Part shown: piece after piece, positions 62,700 to 64,000 of the stretch | Layout of the letters: each line of letters begins with the position of its first letter | Numbering within the stretch: position 1 is the first letter of the stretch | NCBI GenBank assembly: GCA_963788965.1 | Contig: CAWBIK010000007.1 | Coordinates: forward strand, 4,147-68,146 | Length of the DNA: 64,000 nt | Direction of reading: 5' to 3' | Source of the DNA: an uncultured Acidobacteriota bacterium | Lineage (GTDB): Bacteria; Acidobacteriota; Blastocatellia; Pyrinomonadales; Pyrinomonadaceae | The notes under the pieces: model-generated | The model's input: only the letters and a program-made list of their open reading frames with translations | What the model was told of the DNA's origin: nothing | Databases searched by the model: none | Made by a program: the position numbers and the translations under genes

Positions 62700-63562
62700 C
62701 CTCGCCTCCGTTGGCGGCGGTGCTTTGGCGGCGGCTTTTCTCACGCCCTCGTAGAACCATGAGCCGGAGCCGAAGAACAAGAGGATCAAGAGAGCGACGG
62801 GCACCAGCGCATTCCATTCGAACAGCGGCGCGCCGAGTATCAGAAGCATCATCATGGTAAACACCGACACCTCCATGTCCTCCAGCGCGGGCAGCAGCAC
62901 GGGAGCACCCGGTGAGACAGAACTCAGACGCGGCGCGGCGGCACCCGCCATCCACACGGCGAGGAGGCACGCCAGCGCATGCCACCATGGATCTTCCAGC
63001 GGTGCGGACGGTCCATGGGCAATTGCGCGCGGAGCCATGCCGTGTGCAGCGCCCACAGGGCGAACCCTGACAAAACGACACCCGCAAAGAAAAAAGTGCG
63101 CCGCACGTCCTGTTGCGCCGCACCGCGCAGGCGGAAACGAAAAGCGGCACAAAACGACGCCGCCGCCGCGTACGAGAGCGCCCATGCGCCGAGCGCGGCA
63201 CTTTCCAGATGCGTGATCCACGGCAGCGCATTGTCCGGCAGTTTTGTCAGGTCCCTCCATGTGGTGAACCGCTGAAACGCATACCACAGCACCGCCACCA
63301 TGACCATGCCGCACGCCACGTGCACCAGGCAGCGGCGACCGGTCTCGGCATCGCGATGCTCTTTCCGGGCCGTCGCCGGCAGCGGATCGATGAGGCGCGC
63401 GCGACTCCTCCACGGATACACCAGCGCCGCCGACAGCAGCCATGCCGCCGCCGTCGGCGCCGCGCGGGAGAATTGCGGAGATCCGGAGAAAGACTTCGCC
63501 GCCTCCACCAGCCGGCAGAGGCCCGCCGTCAGAAACACGCCGCTCACGAACACGAGGCCCAT
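62700..63562 (-). pseudogene. Polytopic membrane protein (hypothetical), at least one frame switch
   Basis: ORF 62924..63562 (MGLVFVSGVFLTAGL..., several TM helices) continues in the frame of ORF 62403..63443 (WHALACLLAVWMAGAAAP...MMMLLILGAPLFEWNALVPVALLILLFFGSGSWF). The 3' end is not determinable. Confidence 0.35.
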
Positions 63563-63941
63563 CGCAATACCATCAACACCGCGCCTCCCCCCGTGCGGCC
63601 AGGGGACGTGTCATCAGGCGGGGGAATTTCTTCCATTTTTGGGAAGCATTCTATCAACTCCGTCCGCGGGTTCCATTAAGAATGACGCTAACCGGAGCGG
63701 GCGGCTTGGGCGATAACCGCTTCCCCCTGCTGGCGGCGGAGCATGGTCTGAACGATCTCCTGTGCGGGGCTGCGGCGGGATGAAGGCCGTCGTTGGTGCG
63801 GGTGGGGGTGGAGTTTGAGGGCTCAGCTCCGCGCGATTACCACGGCGTTCGATATCGCGCTCTGAAACCCGGCGGAGTCTGCGAAGGACAGACAGGCCAA
63901 GAACTTCTGTCCCCACCCGCAACTTGTGCTACCATCGCGGC

Positions 63942-64000
63942 ATGACGGCTACATTTGAGCAAATCCGGGAAGCGGCGCTGCACCTGCCAAAGGGAGAGCA
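63942..64000 (+). CDS. Start of a putative addiction-module component (TIGR02574-like), partial
   Basis: MTATFEQIREAALHLPKGE resembles the N-terminus of small antitoxin-like proteins common in Verrucomicrobia and Planctomycetes. Only 19 codons lie inside the window. Confidence 0.35.
   Translation, partial: MTATFEQIREAALHLPKGE

Noticed and set aside
62403-63443. 346-aa minus-strand ORF apparently fusing a membrane protein to the delta-60 signal peptide.
   Set aside because: It reads through from a frameshifted membrane-protein gene into the next gene's leader because no stop happens to occur. The delta-60 gene has its own ATG at 62609 followed by a signal peptide.

Overview
GC-rich bacterial chromosomal segment. 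The gene content (carboxypeptidase-regulatory-like secreted proteins, MglAB, PVM-like microcompartment genes) suggests an Acidobacteriota-like organism; this is inference only.

Layout:
- 1-17.3 kb: a complete minus-strand dcw division/cell-wall cluster, mraZ-rsmH-ftsL-ftsI-murF-mraY-murD-ftsW-murG-murC-murB-ftsQ-ftsA-ftsZ. It lacks murE and ddl.
- 17.7-21 kb: ZIP transporter, TPM-domain protein, NTase-fold protein, LemA.
- 21.4-25.3 kb: a compact bacterial microcompartment (BMC) locus. It holds a class II aldolase with a C-terminal extension, one BMC-H, three BMC-P paralogs and a small Cys-rich protein with an encapsulation-peptide-like N-terminus. A TonB_C-like gene and rex lie directly upstream.
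- 25.4-40 kb: ruvAB, yihY, queA, a GNAT, mglB-mglA plus a Zn-ribbon/TM/ankyrin gene, a KAP-rich TPR protein, yvcK(glmR)-glmU-glmS, and a Gly-zipper protein.
- 40.2-46.2 kb: an accessory patch with a 20-bp palindromic operator, an XRE regulator and a 992-aa DUF4062-NACHT-HEAT STAND NTPase. This is my best candidate defence system.
- 46.5-59.3 kb: secreted hydrolase, hicAB, Ser/Thr kinase, two CarboxypepD_reg-like proteins, a CaCA antiporter, an isochorismatase-family protein and uvrD/pcrA.
- About 59.87 kb to the end: a different kind of sequence (delta-60 repeat / choice-of-anchor-D protein, TIGR02574-like antitoxin start). It is joined at a breakpoint that truncates genes on both sides.

Non-genic structure the ORF track does not explain:
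- About 16 intergenic palindromes whose arms are tiled from tandem 7-nt units around a shared AT-rich core.
- Three degenerate tandem arrays, each with a 21-bp period.
- Near-identical 102-bp repeats in the NACHT sensor region.

Indels:
- About 15 isolated frameshifts interrupt otherwise well-conserved genes in the first 56.8 kb.
- Indel density is extreme from 56.86 kb to the end; uvrD needs about 19 frame switches by my hand trace.
- This points to assembly or consensus errors, real decay, or both.

I found no rRNA, tRNA or CRISPR array.
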